Shown here one piece after another: positions 8,440 to 17,806 of a stretch of 52,505 bases of DNA. The first letter of the stretch is position 1. Each line of letters starts with the position of its first letter. The position numbers were made by a program, and so were the translations under genes. The notes beneath the pieces were generated by a model that worked only from the letters and a program-made list of their open reading frames with translations, was not told where the DNA came from and made no database searches. Origin of the DNA: Candidatus Omnitrophota bacterium (GTDB lineage Bacteria; Omnitrophota; Gorgyraeia; M55B152); assembly GCA_018399975.1 (NCBI GenBank), contig JAGYNU010000002.1, forward strand, positions 1-52,505, in the 5' to 3' direction.

Positions 8440-9369
8440 TTAATCTCCTTTTAAATTCTTTATTTTTTCTTTATAATCTTGAGCTATATTTAAAAATTTA
8501 TTTTTTTCTTCTAAAGATAAATCCAATTCAATTATCTTCTCAATACCTTTATTGCTTAAAACAACAGGAACCCCTAAACATACATCATCTACTTTATATT
8601 CACCTTTTAATACAACAGAACAAGGTATTACTTGTGAAGTCTCACTTTTAATTAACTCGATTATTTTTGAAACTCCTGCCGAAGGGCCAAAAAAGGCACT
8701 ATTACCTTTATATAACGACACTAACCTTGCTCCTGTAGCAGCAGTATCATTAAAAACCTTTTCTATATTCTCTTCAGGCATTATATCATTTATATTCTTT
8801 GCTTTAAACTTAATGTATTTTGGTAGGCAAATCATAGATTTGCCATGTTCTCCAATAACCATGCTTTCCATAAGTGAAGAAGGTAAATTTGCTCTCTGCT
8901 TAGATACTATGTAAGACAGACGCCCAGAATCCAACACACCCGCCATTCCTATTATTTTAAACCTATCGAATCCACTATATTTATATGCAAAATAGGTCAT
9001 TATATCTACTGGATTAGTTACTACAATTATTATACTATTTATATCATACTTTACTATATTTTTAATTATTTTTTTAATAACATTTTTATTATTATAAGCT
9101 AAATCATCTCTAGTCATGCCTGATTTTCTGGCGCTTCCTGCAGTAATAACTATAATATCAGATTCCTTACATAAACTAAAATCATCTGTGCCTATTATTT
9201 TAGCATCCAATTTATATATGCAAGCTGCATGAGATATATCTTCAGCTTTAGCTTTTGCTAAATCTTTATCGATATCCAATATCACAACATTATCAGACAA
9301 TTTTTGAAATACTAAACGGTCTGCTATTTGTCCCCCAACATGTCCTGCACCAATAATCGACACCTTCAT
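8440..9369 (-). CDS. mdh: Malate dehydrogenase (LDH-like family)
   Basis: GAGHVGG dinucleotide fold. The substrate loop GSARKSGMTRDDL carries Arg (MDH type) rather than Gln (LDH type). Confidence 0.8.
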   Translation of the reverse strand: MKVSIIGAGHVGGQIADRLVFQKLSDNVVILDIDKDLAKAKAEDISHAACIYKLDAKIIGTDDFSLCKESDIIVITAGSARKSGMTRDDLAYNNKNVIKKIIKNIVKYDINSIIIVVTNPVDIMTYFAYKYSGFDRFKIIGMAGVLDSGRLSYIVSKQRANLPSSLMESMVIGEHGKSMICLPKYIKFKAKNINDIMPEENIEKVFNDTAATGARLVSLYKGNSAFFGPSAGVSKIIELIKSETSQVIPCSVVLKGEYKVDDVCLGVPVVLSNKGIEKIIELDLSLEEKNKFLNIAQDYKEKIKNLKGD

Positions 9370-9425
9370 GTTCTCATCCTTTTTATTTATCTTTTGTTCC
9401 TCTCTTTTATTTCAGACATCAGACT

Positions 9426-9453
9426 TCTGTTATCTGTCTTCTGTTATCTGTCT
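9426..9453. repeat. Heptamer array TCTGTTA/TCTGTCT x4 overlapping the 3' end of the dehydrogenase gene
   Basis: Four in-phase 7-mers. The stop codon at 9430-9432 and the last ~7 codons lie inside the array. Confidence 0.8.
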
Positions 9454-10521
9454 TATTATCGCATCTGCCATTTGTGAAGTTCCTACAGCAGAAGGGTCAT
9501 CTCTATTAAGTTTTAAATCATAAGTAACATTTTTACCTTCTTGAATAACTTCTGAAACAGCGTTTTCTAAATTATTAGCTGCTTTATCTTCTCCTATATA
9601 TCTTAACATAAGCATGCTTGATAAAATCATAGCTGAAGGGTTAACTTTATTTTTTCCTGCATACTTAGGCGCACTACCATGCGTAGCTTCAAATACTGCA
9701 ATATCATCCCCTATATTAGCTCCAGGCGTAACCCCAAGGCCTCCGACCAATCCTGCACAAAGATCAGAAATTATATCCCCATAAAGATTAGGAAGAACTA
9801 AAACATCGTAAAGTTCAGGTTTCTGCACAAGTTGCATACTCATATTATCAACAATTCTATCTGTGAATTCTATCTTATCTTTATAATCCTTGGCAATTTT
9901 TCTATAAGTTTCCAAAAACAAACCATCTGAAAACTTCATTATGTTTGCTTTGTGAACTGCTGTAATTTTTTTACGTTTATTTTTTATAGCATATTTAAAT
10001 GCAAAATCTATTATTTTACTAGAACCGTATTCAGATATGGGCTTTATGCTTATCCCAGAATCACTTCTTATTTGTTCACCATTAAGCTTATGAATATAAT
10101 CTATTAAACTTTTAGTTTCGGTGCTATGTACAGGAAATTCAATACCAGCATATAAATCCTCGGTATTCTCTCTAATAACGATTAAATCTACTGCACTATA
10201 ATGTGACTTAACTCCTTTATATAACTTACAGGGCCTAACACAAGCATAAAGATTTAATTCCTTTCTAATCTTTACATTAACAGACCTAAAGCCTTCCCCT
10301 ACAGGGGTAGTAACTGGCCCTTTCAATGCTATCTTATATTTATTAATTAAATCTAAAGTAGAATCGGGTAACGGCGTTTTATACTTTTCCATAGCATCAG
10401 CCCCTGCTTCTGCAATATGCCAATTAATAGTTACCCCTGTAGCTTCGACACATCTTTTAGCAGCTTCTGATACTTCAGGGCCTACGCCATCTCCGGGGAT
10501 AAAAACTATATCATAATTCAT
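9430..10521 (-). CDS. Isocitrate / homoisocitrate / isopropylmalate-family (beta-decarboxylating) dehydrogenase
   Basis: Motifs IPGDGVGPEV, LYACVRPC, IVRENTEDLYAG and NLYGDIISD. There is a 4-nt overlap with the upstream gene. Confidence 0.85.
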   Translation of the reverse strand: MNYDIVFIPGDGVGPEVSEAAKRCVEATGVTINWHIAEAGADAMEKYKTPLPDSTLDLINKYKIALKGPVTTPVGEGFRSVNVKIRKELNLYACVRPCKLYKGVKSHYSAVDLIVIRENTEDLYAGIEFPVHSTETKSLIDYIHKLNGEQIRSDSGISIKPISEYGSSKIIDFAFKYAIKNKRKKITAVHKANIMKFSDGLFLETYRKIAKDYKDKIEFTDRIVDNMSMQLVQKPELYDVLVLPNLYGDIISDLCAGLVGGLGVTPGANIGDDIAVFEATHGSAPKYAGKNKVNPSAMILSSMLMLRYIGEDKAANNLENAVSEVIQEGKNVTYDLKLNRDDPSAVGTSQMADAIIRQITEDR

Positions 10522-11015
10522 AACCTTAATCCTTTGTTTCTCTTATAATACTTTATTACTCCCTCTACAAGTAAAAATTTTTTCACAAGCTCTGGTATAA
10601 AATTAATTGGAATTTCAATATCTTTTGTTTTATTTTTAAGTTTATTGTTATCAATATCCAAGATCAATTTATCACCCTGGCCTATTCTATCAGTATTACA
10701 TTCAATTACGAAAACTCCTAAATTAATACAATTCCTGTAAAATATTCTTGCAAAAGATTTTGCAATCACAGCACTTATTCCTGCAGTTTTTATAACCAAA
10801 GGGGCTTGTTCTCTAGACGAACCACAACCAAAATCTCTTCCTGCTACGATAAAATCACTCTGTTCAATTTCATCGTAAAAACCGGGCCTTATATCCTCCA
10901 TTATATGTTTACTTAATTCTAAAGGATCTGTAATACCAAATTTGTATCTTCCTGATATTATATAATCAGTATTTATATAATCACCAAATTTATGGGCTTT
11001 ACCTTCAAATTCCAT
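10518..11015 (-). CDS. Aconitase-family dehydratase small subunit (LeuD/HacB-like)
   Basis: 165-aa swivel domain with GCGSSREQAP. It sits directly after the large subunit. Confidence 0.85.
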   Translation of the reverse strand: MEFEGKAHKFGDYINTDYIISGRYKFGITDPLELSKHIMEDIRPGFYDEIEQSDFIVAGRDFGCGSSREQAPLVIKTAGISAVIAKSFARIFYRNCINLGVFVIECNTDRIGQGDKLILDIDNNKLKNKTKDIEIPINFIPELVKKFLLVEGVIKYYKRNKGLRL

Positions 11016-11026
11016 ATGTTATCTTT

Positions 11027-12310
11027 CTATTTATAGATTTCTCTTGGGTCTGATATTTTACCTTTTATACTCGAATATGCTGCCGTTGCTGGCGATGCCA
11101 AATAAATATATGAATCAGGATTCCCCATTCTTCCTTTAAAATTTCGATTTGCAGTAGAAAGCACATTTTCCCCTTTTGCAGGAACTCCACTATGCGTTCC
11201 AACACACGGGCCACATCCCGGAGTTATTACACATCCTCCGGCTCTGACTAAAATATTAATAATACCTTCTTTTATGGCCTTTATATAAATATCTTTTGAT
11301 GCAGGTGCTATAATTAAACGAGTTTCTGCATTAACTTTCTGATTTTCTAAAATCTTAGAAGCAATCCTTAAATCTTCTAACCTACCATTAGTACACGTGC
11401 CTATAAATACCTGATCTATTTTAGTTCCTAAAACTTTAGTAACCTCACAAGTATTATCAACTCTGTGAGGCTTGGCAATCTGAGGAACTATTTTTTCTAA
11501 ATCAATATCTATTTCTTTCCAATAAGTTGCATCAGAATCTGGATAACAGTCTTTAAATTCACTTTTAGTAAAATGTTTATTTAACCTTTCGCGTTTATTT
11601 AACCATTCAAAAGTTATATCATCAGGCATAAAAATACCAGCTTTAGCCCCGACTTCAACACTCATATTACTTACAGTAAATCTTGCATCCATACTTAAGG
11701 TATTAACTCCTTTTCCATGATATTCCAAACATTTATAAGTGCATCCATCGGCTTTCAACATACCCGCAATATAAAGCACTAAGTCTTTGGCATAAACTCC
11801 TTTAGGTAACTTATTATGCAAATTAATTTTTATGCTTTCAGGGACTTTAAACCAATTTTTGCCTCCTGAAGATAAAATTAAAGCAATATCTGTAGAACCC
11901 ATACCAGTTGCAAAAGCCCCAAATGCCCCTAAAGTACAAGTATGAGAATCCGCACCGCAAATTAATTGTCCAGGCAATACATCTGCTTGGTTAGCGATAA
12001 CTTCATGACAAACACCTTCTCCAATATCATGACAAACTAAATTATATTGCTTACAAAATTTCCTCATTTTATCATGCACACGGGAAATAGATTGGCTGGG
12101 GCTAGGCGCACTATGATCTATTACCATATGATATTTTGGAAACGGATTCTTATTCTGGCCTTCATTAAAAGCATTAAAACTGTCTATCACTAAAGTACTA
12201 GTGCCATCCTGACTATAACAAAAATCTACATCGCAAACAGCTACATCTAAAGCTTTTAAACTTAAATTTGCATGATTAGATAAGATTTTCTCAGCTATAG
12301 TTTTTCCCAT
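11027..12310 (-). CDS. Aconitase-family dehydratase large subunit (LeuC/HacA-like)
   Basis: Motifs DHSAPS, GADSHT, GTCTNGR and PGCGPCVG (Fe-S cysteines). ATG 12310 (MGKTIAEKIL) overlaps the upstream stop as TAATG. The track start is over-extended. Confidence 0.85.
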   Translation of the reverse strand: MGKTIAEKILSNHANLSLKALDVAVCDVDFCYSQDGTSTLVIDSFNAFNEGQNKNPFPKYHMVIDHSAPSPSQSISRVHDKMRKFCKQYNLVCHDIGEGVCHEVIANQADVLPGQLICGADSHTCTLGAFGAFATGMGSTDIALILSSGGKNWFKVPESIKINLHNKLPKGVYAKDLVLYIAGMLKADGCTYKCLEYHGKGVNTLSMDARFTVSNMSVEVGAKAGIFMPDDITFEWLNKRERLNKHFTKSEFKDCYPDSDATYWKEIDIDLEKIVPQIAKPHRVDNTCEVTKVLGTKIDQVFIGTCTNGRLEDLRIASKILENQKVNAETRLIIAPASKDIYIKAIKEGIINILVRAGGCVITPGCGPCVGTHSGVPAKGENVLSTANRNFKGRMGNPDSYIYLASPATAAYSSIKGKISDPREIYK

Positions 12311-13476
12311 TATTTGCCTCGACTTAACCATTCATTAATTCTATCAACACCTTTATTTATTTGTTCGATAGAAGTCGCAAAACTCATTCTTACAAAACCC
12401 TCACATCCAAAAGCAATACCTGGAATTACAGCAACATTTTTTTCATCAAGTAATTTTTGAGCAAAATCCAAAGAGTCATTGGAATACTTTGATATGTCAC
12501 AAAATATGTAAAAACCACCTTGAGGTTTAAAAACACCCAATTTAGGAATTTTTTTTAATTTTGAATACATTAGTTTACGTCTTTCATCAAATTTCCTCAC
12601 CATTTGTGAAATTTCACTACCAGGTTTACTTAATGCAGCTAAAGCCGCCATTTGACTAATTGAACATGGATTAGAAGTAGAATGACTCTGTAAATTTGCT
12701 ATGCTTTGAACTATTTTTTCTGTAGCAGCAAGATATCCTATTCTCCAACCAGTCATTGCATATGTCTTTGAAACTCCTCCGATTAATATAATCCTATCTT
12801 TTAAATTTTTATCTAAAGATATTATAGAATTCACTTTATCTTTATAATATAACTGATCATAAATCTCATCAGATATAATATAAATATTATTAGATTTAAG
12901 AACCGAAATTAAATCTAATAAATCTTGTTTTGAATATATGCTACCTGTAGGATTTAAAGGAGAATTTAAAATAAACGCTTTTGTATCTTTATCAATAGCT
13001 TTTTTTAATTGAATACTATTTATTTTAAATTCATTTCGGCGTGATGTTTTAACTATAACAGGTTCTGCCTCAGCTAACTTTACCATTTCAGGATAACTAA
13101 CCCAATAAGGAGCTGGTATTATTACTTTATCGCCAGCAGAACATATAACCTGAAGAACATTATATAAACAATGTTTAGCTCCACATCCAATAACAATCTG
13201 ATTAGGAGAATATCTAACGCCCTTCGAATTTAACAAATACTTACAAACAGCTTGCTTTAATTCAAGGATACCAGTGCTGGGAGTATATTTAGTAAAACCG
13301 TTTCTTATAGCTTTTATAGCACTTTGTTTAATATAATCAGGTGTATCAAAATCAGGCTCTCCCGCAGCAAAGTTTACTATATCCTTGCCTTCTTGCTCCA
13401 TTTGTTTTGCTTTAGCTGTAATAGCTAAAGTTGAAGAAGGTTTAATTTTCTTAACCCGAGGAGCTAAATCAAACAT
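12310..13476 (-). CDS. Aspartate/aromatic-type class I aminotransferase
   Basis: Motifs GEPDFDTP, NSPLNPTG and SKTYAMTGWRIGY; 388 aa. Confidence 0.85.
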   Translation of the reverse strand: MFDLAPRVKKIKPSSTLAITAKAKQMEQEGKDIVNFAAGEPDFDTPDYIKQSAIKAIRNGFTKYTPSTGILELKQAVCKYLLNSKGVRYSPNQIVIGCGAKHCLYNVLQVICSAGDKVIIPAPYWVSYPEMVKLAEAEPVIVKTSRRNEFKINSIQLKKAIDKDTKAFILNSPLNPTGSIYSKQDLLDLISVLKSNNIYIISDEIYDQLYYKDKVNSIISLDKNLKDRIILIGGVSKTYAMTGWRIGYLAATEKIVQSIANLQSHSTSNPCSISQMAALAALSKPGSEISQMVRKFDERRKLMYSKLKKIPKLGVFKPQGGFYIFCDISKYSNDSLDFAQKLLDEKNVAVIPGIAFGCEGFVRMSFATSIEQINKGVDRINEWLSRGK

Positions 13477-13590
13477 TATAATATATCTCCCTTTATAAAA
13501 AACGTTTATCTTTTAATCCACGGTTAGATATAAAATTTGGCAAGAATTTATACTGTTCATTAAAAAGAAAAGCCAATAACTTTAATAAAA

Positions 13591-14097
13591 TTACTTTTGT
13601 TTCTTGAAAAAGCCTCTTAAACCGCCTACAAAACCCTTTTTATCTTCTTCTTTTTTTTCTTCTTTTTTTTCCTTGTCTTTTTCTTCTTTTATATCTGGTT
13701 TTGATTTACTTTTTTTATCTTTCGGTTTCACAACTTTTTCTTTTTTTTCTACTAACTCTAAAATAGCCATAGCAGCATTATCACCATTCCGATATCCACT
13801 TTTCACAATTCTAGTATAACCACCACTACGTTTTTTAAATCTAGGAGCTACTTCATCAAATAAAATTTTTAACAAATTCTTATCAGGTATAATCTTAGAT
13901 GCTGTCCTTACTGCACTCAAATTGTTTTTTTTACCTAAAGTGATTAATTTATCGACTATAGGGCGTGTTTTTTTTGCCCTTGATAAGGTAGTAACAATTC
14001 TTTCATTTTCTATAACAGAACTAGCAATGCTAATAAAAGTAGCTTTAGTGTGTGTTCTCGACCTATTAATTTTATTTTTCTTTTTTCTATGTCGCAT
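13591..14097 (-). CDS. rplQ: 50S ribosomal protein L17 with ~48-aa Lys/Glu-rich C-terminal tail
   Basis: The uL17 core runs MRHRKKKNKINRSRTH ... GDNAAMAILELV. The gene follows rpoA. Confidence 0.95.
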   Translation of the reverse strand: MRHRKKKNKINRSRTHTKATFISIASSVIENERIVTTLSRAKKTRPIVDKLITLGKKNNLSAVRTASKIIPDKNLLKILFDEVAPRFKKRSGGYTRIVKSGYRNGDNAAMAILELVEKKEKVVKPKDKKSKSKPDIKEEKDKEKKEEKKEEDKKGFVGGLRGFFKKQK

Positions 14098-14112
14098 AAT
14101 ATCCTCTATCTT

Positions 14113-15105
14113 TTATTCTTCTTCAGCTTCCTCTATTATTAAATTCTCATCAATATCCATTCCCAAAGATAAATTCATATCTTGTAAAATCTTTTTTATC
14201 TCTTCTAATGATTTCTTACCAAAATTCTTGTAACCTAACATTTCTCTTTCTGTCCTCTGAACTAATTCTCCAATTTTTCTAATATTGGACTGTTCTAAGC
14301 AATTTGAACTTCTAACAGATAGTTCTAAATCAGTTATAGGAGTATTCAATTTCTTTTTGAGTTCTTCTAACTCCTCATCTTCTTCTATATCTTCCTCAGG
14401 TAATCTTCCAAAGCCAACGAATATATCCAAATACCGCTGCAAAATATTGGAAGCATAAAGCAAAGCATGCTTAGGAGAAATACTACCATCTGTAAATATC
14501 TGCAACGTAAGCTTATCATATTCCGTAATTTGATGCACTCTGGTATTTTCAACTTTATAATTAACTTTTCTAACAGGGCTAAAAACCGAATCCACAGTAA
14601 TTATCCCAATGGCATCTTCTTCTTTTGCATTATCCTCTGCAGTAACATATCCCCTGCCTTTCCCAACTGTTAATTCTAACTTAAACTTAGTTTTTTTAGA
14701 CAATGTTGCAATATGTTGGTCAGGATTAATTAATTCTACAGTTTCATCTAATTGAATATCCTTACCAGTAACTGGACCTTTTTTATCTACATCTATATAT
14801 ATTATTTTTGGCGTTTGAGAATGGCAACGTAAAACAAGTTGTTTTAAATTCAATAAGATTTCGCTAACTTCTTCAACTACTCCAGGTATAGTAGCAAATT
14901 CATGCACTGCTTTATCAAGCTTAACTGCTGTCACAGCACTTCCCTCTATGCTTGACAATAACACTCGTCTTAAAGAGTTACCTATCGTAGTCCCAAAACC
15001 TCTTTCAAAAGGTTCCGCCGTAAATTCTCCAAAAGTCTCAGTATATGTATCTTCATTACAAACAACCCTTTTGGGCATTTCTAAATCTTTCCATCTAATT
15101 CCCAT
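14113..15105 (-). CDS. rpoA: DNA-directed RNA polymerase subunit alpha
   Basis: Motifs [20 protein letters not shown] and the C-terminal domain [10 protein letters not shown]; alpha-operon position. Confidence 0.95.
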   Translation of the reverse strand: MGIRWKDLEMPKRVVCNEDTYTETFGEFTAEPFERGFGTTIGNSLRRVLLSSIEGSAVTAVKLDKAVHEFATIPGVVEEVSEILLNLKQLVLRCHSQTPKIIYIDVDKKGPVTGKDIQLDETVELINPDQHIATLSKKTKFKLELTVGKGRGYVTAEDNAKEEDAIGIITVDSVFSPVRKVNYKVENTRVHQITEYDKLTLQIFTDGSISPKHALLYASNILQRYLDIFVGFGRLPEEDIEEDEELEELKKKLNTPITDLELSVRSSNCLEQSNIRKIGELVQRTEREMLGYKNFGKKSLEEIKKILQDMNLSLGMDIDENLIIEEAEEE

Positions 15106-15157
15106 TTTACCCTCCTATAAAATTTTACACTCTAATAATAAAATGTCGGGTATATAA

Positions 15158-15784
15158 CTATTTCGAATACAACTCTACAATAAGCTGTTCTTCCACAGAA
15201 AACGGTATATCTTCTCTTTGAGGTAATCTATTTATAATACCAATATTATTTTTTTTATCTACTGTAATCCAATCAGGAACATCTCTATCCTCGAAAACTT
15301 CAAGTTCTTTTTTTAATTTTTTTAATGCTTCTTTATTGTAATTAATTTTGATTTCATCTTCTGCATTTATAGTATAAGAAGAAATATCTACACGATGTCC
15401 ATTCACGGTAACATTACCATGATTTACTATCTGCCTGGCATGTTTCCTTGAAGTGGCAAATCCCATTCGTAAAACAACATTATCTAAACGTCTTTCTAAT
15501 AGCTGCAGTAAAATCTCACCTGTTACTCCTTTAGATCTGTCTGCTTTTTTAAAATAATTCCGAAATTGTTTTTCCATAATACCATATACTGCACGAACTT
15601 TTTGTTTTTCTCTTAGCTGAACAGCATAATCTGATGAACGATGTCTCCTGCGTCCATGTTCTCCAGGGCGAAAATCTCTATTCTCCATAGCACATTTTGC
15701 AGTATAACATCGACTACCTTTAAGAAACAATTTCTCACCTTCACGCCTACATATCTTACAACTTGGTCCAGTATATCTAGCCAT
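15158..15784 (-). CDS. rpsD: 30S ribosomal protein S4
   Basis: N-terminus MARYTGPSCKICRREGEKLFLKG and the S4 domain. Confidence 0.95.
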   Translation of the reverse strand: MARYTGPSCKICRREGEKLFLKGSRCYTAKCAMENRDFRPGEHGRRRHRSSDYAVQLREKQKVRAVYGIMEKQFRNYFKKADRSKGVTGEILLQLLERRLDNVVLRMGFATSRKHARQIVNHGNVTVNGHRVDISSYTINAEDEIKINYNKEALKKLKKELEVFEDRDVPDWITVDKKNNIGIINRLPQREDIPFSVEEQLIVELYSK

Positions 15785-15809
15785 ATTTATTCCTCCAACA
15801 AATTTTTAT

Positions 15810-16208
15810 CTAAACTTTCCTTTTTTTAGGTAACCTGCATCCGTTATGAGGAGAAGGAGTTACATCTTTTATAGACTCTACTTTTAAACCAGATGATTGA
15901 AATGTTCTTATAGCAGTTTCTCTTCCGGAGCCAGGTCCTTTTACTAAAATATCTATCCTTTTTAATCCATAAGGCCTAATCTTCTTAATAACATCTCTGA
16001 CTGCAATTTGAGCAGCAAACGGAGTAGACTTTCTAGAACCTTTAAAACCTACAGAGCCGCTACTACTCCAAACCAAAGTATTTCCTTTATCATCAGTTAA
16101 AGTAACTATCGTATTATTAAAGGTAGTTTGTATATAAGCAAATCCTTTATCTACCTTTTTTATAATTTTCTTTTTTTTGCCTTTCTTTGATTTTTTAGGC
16201 TTAGCCAT
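15810..16208 (-). CDS. rpsK: 30S ribosomal protein S11
   Basis: Motifs [15 protein letters not shown] and [11 protein letters not shown]. Confidence 0.95.
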   Translation of the reverse strand: MAKPKKSKKGKKKKIIKKVDKGFAYIQTTFNNTIVTLTDDKGNTLVWSSSGSVGFKGSRKSTPFAAQIAVRDVIKKIRPYGLKRIDILVKGPGSGRETAIRTFQSSGLKVESIKDVTPSPHNGCRLPKKRKV

Positions 16209-16246
16209 ACGAATTTCCTCCCAATAAAAATTCTAAAAAATAATGA

Positions 16247-16469
16247 AACCCCACGGAGCAAACCCTGTGAAATATACTTTTGTATTTCACGGGGCAAGCC
16301 CGTGATACCTTTATGTACCCGTCTTCGCCAAACACTTATTGCGTTTGGCTTCGCCGAGGTTATCCGCCAACATATTCAGGTGGCTCCTTCATTTGGTGAT
16401 ATCTCGCCGAAGCATAACTTTCGCATTCATCCATGGGTAAACCCGTGGTTTTCTGCGAAGGCGGATAAA
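16247..16469. repeat. 223-bp multi-hairpin interspersed element, copy B (between rpsM and rpsK)
   Basis: Same length and orientation as copy A with scattered substitutions. It ends 6 nt from the rpsM stop at 16476. Confidence 0.9.
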
Positions 16470-16475
16470 TTATAA

Positions 16476-16853
16476 CTACTTCTTTTTACCCTTTTTAGAA
16501 CCAACAGTACGTTTGGGCCCTTTACGTGTTCTAGCATTAGTTTGAGTCTGTTGCCCACGCACAGGAAGCCCTTTTATATGCCTTAGTCCTCTATAAGACC
16601 TTATATCCTTTAATCTACGTATATTCTCTTGTGTTTCTCTTTTTAAATCGCCTTCAATTTTATAATCCTTTTGTATAACCGCAGTAATTCGAGAAACTTC
16701 TTGGTCATCTAATTTATCTGCCAATTTTCGAAAATCTATATTGGCTTTCTTTAATATATCTCTTGCTGCATTCTTACCAAGACCGTAAATATAGGTCAAA
16801 GCAATTTCTATATGCTTATCTTTAGGCACATCAACACCTGCTATTCTAGGCAT
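16476..16853 (-). CDS. rpsM: 30S ribosomal protein S13
   Basis: N-terminus [32 protein letters not shown] 7 nt upstream. Confidence 0.95.
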   Translation of the reverse strand: MPRIAGVDVPKDKHIEIALTYIYGLGKNAARDILKKANIDFRKLADKLDDQEVSRITAVIQKDYKIEGDLKRETQENIRRLKDIRSYRGLRHIKGLPVRGQQTQTNARTRKGPKRTVGSKKGKKK

Positions 16854-16868
16854 TACTTACTCCTTTTT

Positions 16869-16945
16869 TAATGAGAACATAACTTAGCGAACAAAGTGAA
16901 GCTAAGTTATTTGTTCGAATTAAATCCGCCATTTTTTGTGGCGGA
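16869..16945. repeat. Leader hairpin module (TAATGAG - bulged 12-14-bp hairpin - GAATTAAATCCGCC-loop-GGCGGA), copy at the rpsM 5' region
   Basis: Stem GAACATAACTTAGC / GCTAAGTTAT(TT)GTTC. The same architecture with different stems is found at 22645-22716, 41211-41288, 41299-41381 and 45544-45597. Confidence 0.8.
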
Positions 16946-17088
16946 GGCTATCTACTTCGTTTGTTTTTTAGATCAATTAGGTCAATCAGACTTCAGACAA
17001 CAGAGAACAGACAACAGATATCAAACTTCGTATCACAGAATTATGCATTTGCTTGTTTCGTCATCCATCATTCGCCTGCCTGCCGGCA

Positions 17089-17229
17089 AACACAGATTAT
17101 CACAGATTTTTAAAAGCTACACACCTGCCTGCCGGCAGGCAGGGATTATCACAGATTAATGATCAAGATACAATTATTTAATATTCAAACTAATACTTTT
17201 ATTTGGTTATTGTAATTTGTCATTCTCAT
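17089..17229. repeat. ~125-bp conserved repeat core, copy II (carries the 20-bp palindrome at 17124-17143)
   Basis: Aligns to copies I and III, except that an internal segment is replaced by GCTACACA plus the palindrome. Confidence 0.85.
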
Positions 17230-17420
17230 GTCCTATGTCCTATGTCCTATGTCCTAGGTCCTATGTCCTATGTCCTACTATGTCCTAGGTCCTATGTCTT
17301 GTTACTTGTTACTTGTTACTTGTTACCTGCTACCTGTTACCTGCGACTTGTAGCTTGTAGCCTGTAGCCTGTAGCCTGTAACTTGTAGCCTGCAACTTGC
17401 AGCCTGTAGCTTGTAGCTTG
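17229..17420. repeat. Tandem heptamer array, 27 units with one 3-nt slip
   Basis: Direct reading. It has the same order of word families as 7922-8068 and 28050-28178. It ends 2 nt from the rpmJ stop codon. Confidence 0.9.
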
Positions 17421-17422
17421 TT

Positions 17423-17536
17423 CTATCCTTGTCTCTGTTTATGCTTAGGATTAATACAAATAACTCTAACTACACCTTTACGCTTTATTATTTTACAATT
17501 ATCACACATTTTTTTAACAGAAGCTTTTACTTTCAT
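17423..17536 (-). CDS. rpmJ: 50S ribosomal protein L36 (37 aa, zinc type)
   Basis: Hand translation gives [37 protein letters not shown]. It is too short for the ORF track. It occupies the canonical position between infA and rpsM. Confidence 0.9.
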   Translation of the reverse strand: MKVKASVKKMCDNCKIIKRKGVVRVICINPKHKQRQG

Positions 17537-17558
17537 TATAAAAACACCATCTTTTAAA

Positions 17559-17777
17559 TTATTTTTTTCTATATACTATACGCCCTTTAGTTAAATCATA
17601 TGGAGAAAGTTCTAAAGTTACCTTGTCTCCAGGAAGAATCTTAATATAATGCATACGCATTCTGCCTGAAATATGGGCAAGAACTTTATGTCCATTTTCC
17701 AGCTCTACATTGAACATAGTATTAGGTAGAGCTTCTAAAACTGTTCCTTCTACTTTAATAGGTTCTTCTTTAGTCAT
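17559..17777 (-). CDS. infA: Translation initiation factor IF-1
   Basis: Sequence [33 protein letters not shown]. Confidence 0.95.
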   Translation of the reverse strand: MTKEEPIKVEGTVLEALPNTMFNVELENGHKVLAHISGRMRMHYIKILPGDKVTLELSPYDLTKGRIVYRKK

Positions 17778-17806
17778 AAAATTTATTTTTTATATGCATT
17801 TATTCT

